Positions 63,672 through 64,000 of a DNA stretch of 64,000 bases are shown one piece after another (within the stretch, counting starts at the first letter, position 1; every line of letters begins with the position of its first letter). The notes beneath the pieces were generated by a model. That model saw nothing but the letters and a program-made list of their open reading frames with translations. It ran no database searches and had not been told where the DNA came from. The translations under genes were made by a program, and so were the position numbers. The stretch is from Candidatus Saccharimonadota bacterium (GTDB lineage: Bacteria > Patescibacteriota > Saccharimonadia > Saccharimonadales > Saccharimonadaceae). The stretch is from positions 15,703 through 79,702 of the forward strand of contig JAPUDQ010000009.1 of the NCBI GenBank assembly GCA_027493025.1. Reading direction: 5' to 3'.

Positions 63672-64000
63672 ATGGAACCAACCTTTATACCACCTGTCGC
63701 CAATCGGCGCGCGGTCAGAGCATTCCCCTTTAAAATCCTTTGGGTTGTTATCATTGTTGCAGTACTCGGAATGATTGCAGCGGGCATGATGCTTCTCTCT
63801 CGAGTCCCTAGCCCAACGGACGAGATTACCCGGCTAGAGTCAAAACTTCTCACCCTTATTGATATCACTGCTGAAGGTCGCAAAAATAGCAAAAATCCTG
63901 ACGTCAGCAAAGCAACCGCTGACATAAATCTTATTGTTCGAAGTGATCTTGATTTGATTACCACAGCTACAGGGGGCAAAAACCCAAAACCAAACACCAC
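63672..64000 (+). CDS. Membrane-anchored hypothetical protein, 5' part; runs off the window end
   Basis: Not in the ORF track because there is no stop. MEPTFIPPVANRRAVRAFPFKILWVVIIVAVLGMIAAGMMLLSRVP... TGCTTAAAT lies 6 nt before the ATG. I prefer this to the overlapping minus-strand ORF 63623..64000. Confidence 0.5.
   Translation, partial: MEPTFIPPVANRRAVRAFPFKILWVVIIVAVLGMIAAGMMLLSRVPSPTDEITRLESKLLTLIDITAEGRKNSKNPDVSKATADINLIVRSDLDLITTATGGKNPKPNT

Noticed and set aside
63623-64000. Minus-strand 125-aa ORF at the window end
   Set aside because: The translation looks non-protein-like and there is no start signal. The opposite strand has an ATG at 63672 with the recurrent TGn-10-N6 arrangement and a clean TM helix, so I called the plus-strand ORF instead.
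1-64000. CRISPR arrays, tRNA/rRNA genes, IS elements
   Set aside because: I scanned the intergenic gaps longer than 60 nt (for example 17990-18188, 20310-20455, 26643-26785, 40399-40551). I found no regularly spaced repeats, no tRNA-like T-arm (GGTTCGAATCC-type) signatures and no transposase-like ORFs. The only exact repeats are the 46-bp pair and the short islet-flanking repeats.

Overview
This 64 kb chromosomal segment is densely packed, and almost all genes lie on the minus strand. It looks like a small-genome bacterium with a single-membrane (monoderm) envelope. My guess is a Saccharibacteria/CPR-like epibiont. That guess rests only on gene content (a type IV pilus operon with no secretin, many orphan surface proteins, no biosynthetic genes) and cannot be verified here.

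Contents in order:
- 1-10.6 kb: a complete type IV pilus operon (pilD, pilin, pilC, pilT, pilB, pilO/N/M-like genes, plus a 773-aa secreted protein and a TPR anchor).
- ychF.
- About 11.87-12.48 kb: a roughly 0.6 kb high-GC islet bracketed by a 9-bp direct repeat.
- tlyA, efp, rpsR-ssb-rpsF, a SemiSWEET-like gene, ftsK, RNase J.
- An anthrax-lethal-factor-like HExxH metallopeptidase, two CPBP-like membrane proteins, a family-4 UDG and a 913-aa surface SGNH esterase.
- pnp, then an inserted plus-strand block (second high-GC mini-gene, an HxxEH protein, an L,D-transpeptidase, NUDIX), a GNAT gene and rpsO.
- A frameshift-split 2.7 kb tail-fibre/adhesin-like gene.
- truB, a degenerate DHH protein, rpsT, holA, mutM.
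- A five-gene cell-surface cluster (Csc/WxL-like architecture) and two phage-tail-fibre-like genes.
- tatA-tatC flanked by two tiny odd proteins, then several orphan genes.
- A DHH/PPase-like gene, tsaC, NUDIX, polA, a P-loop kinase, and rpoD-dnaG.

I found no rRNA, tRNA, CRISPR array, transposase or integrase.

The most notable observations are:
- A recurrent TGnTAnnnT-N6-8-ATG arrangement, implying many leaderless mRNAs.
- A DnaG whose four zinc ligands are all substituted.
- Two high-GC islets that look foreign.
- The split adhesin gene.
- The Csc-like surface cluster.

All functional calls come from motif recognition by eye. No database search was run.
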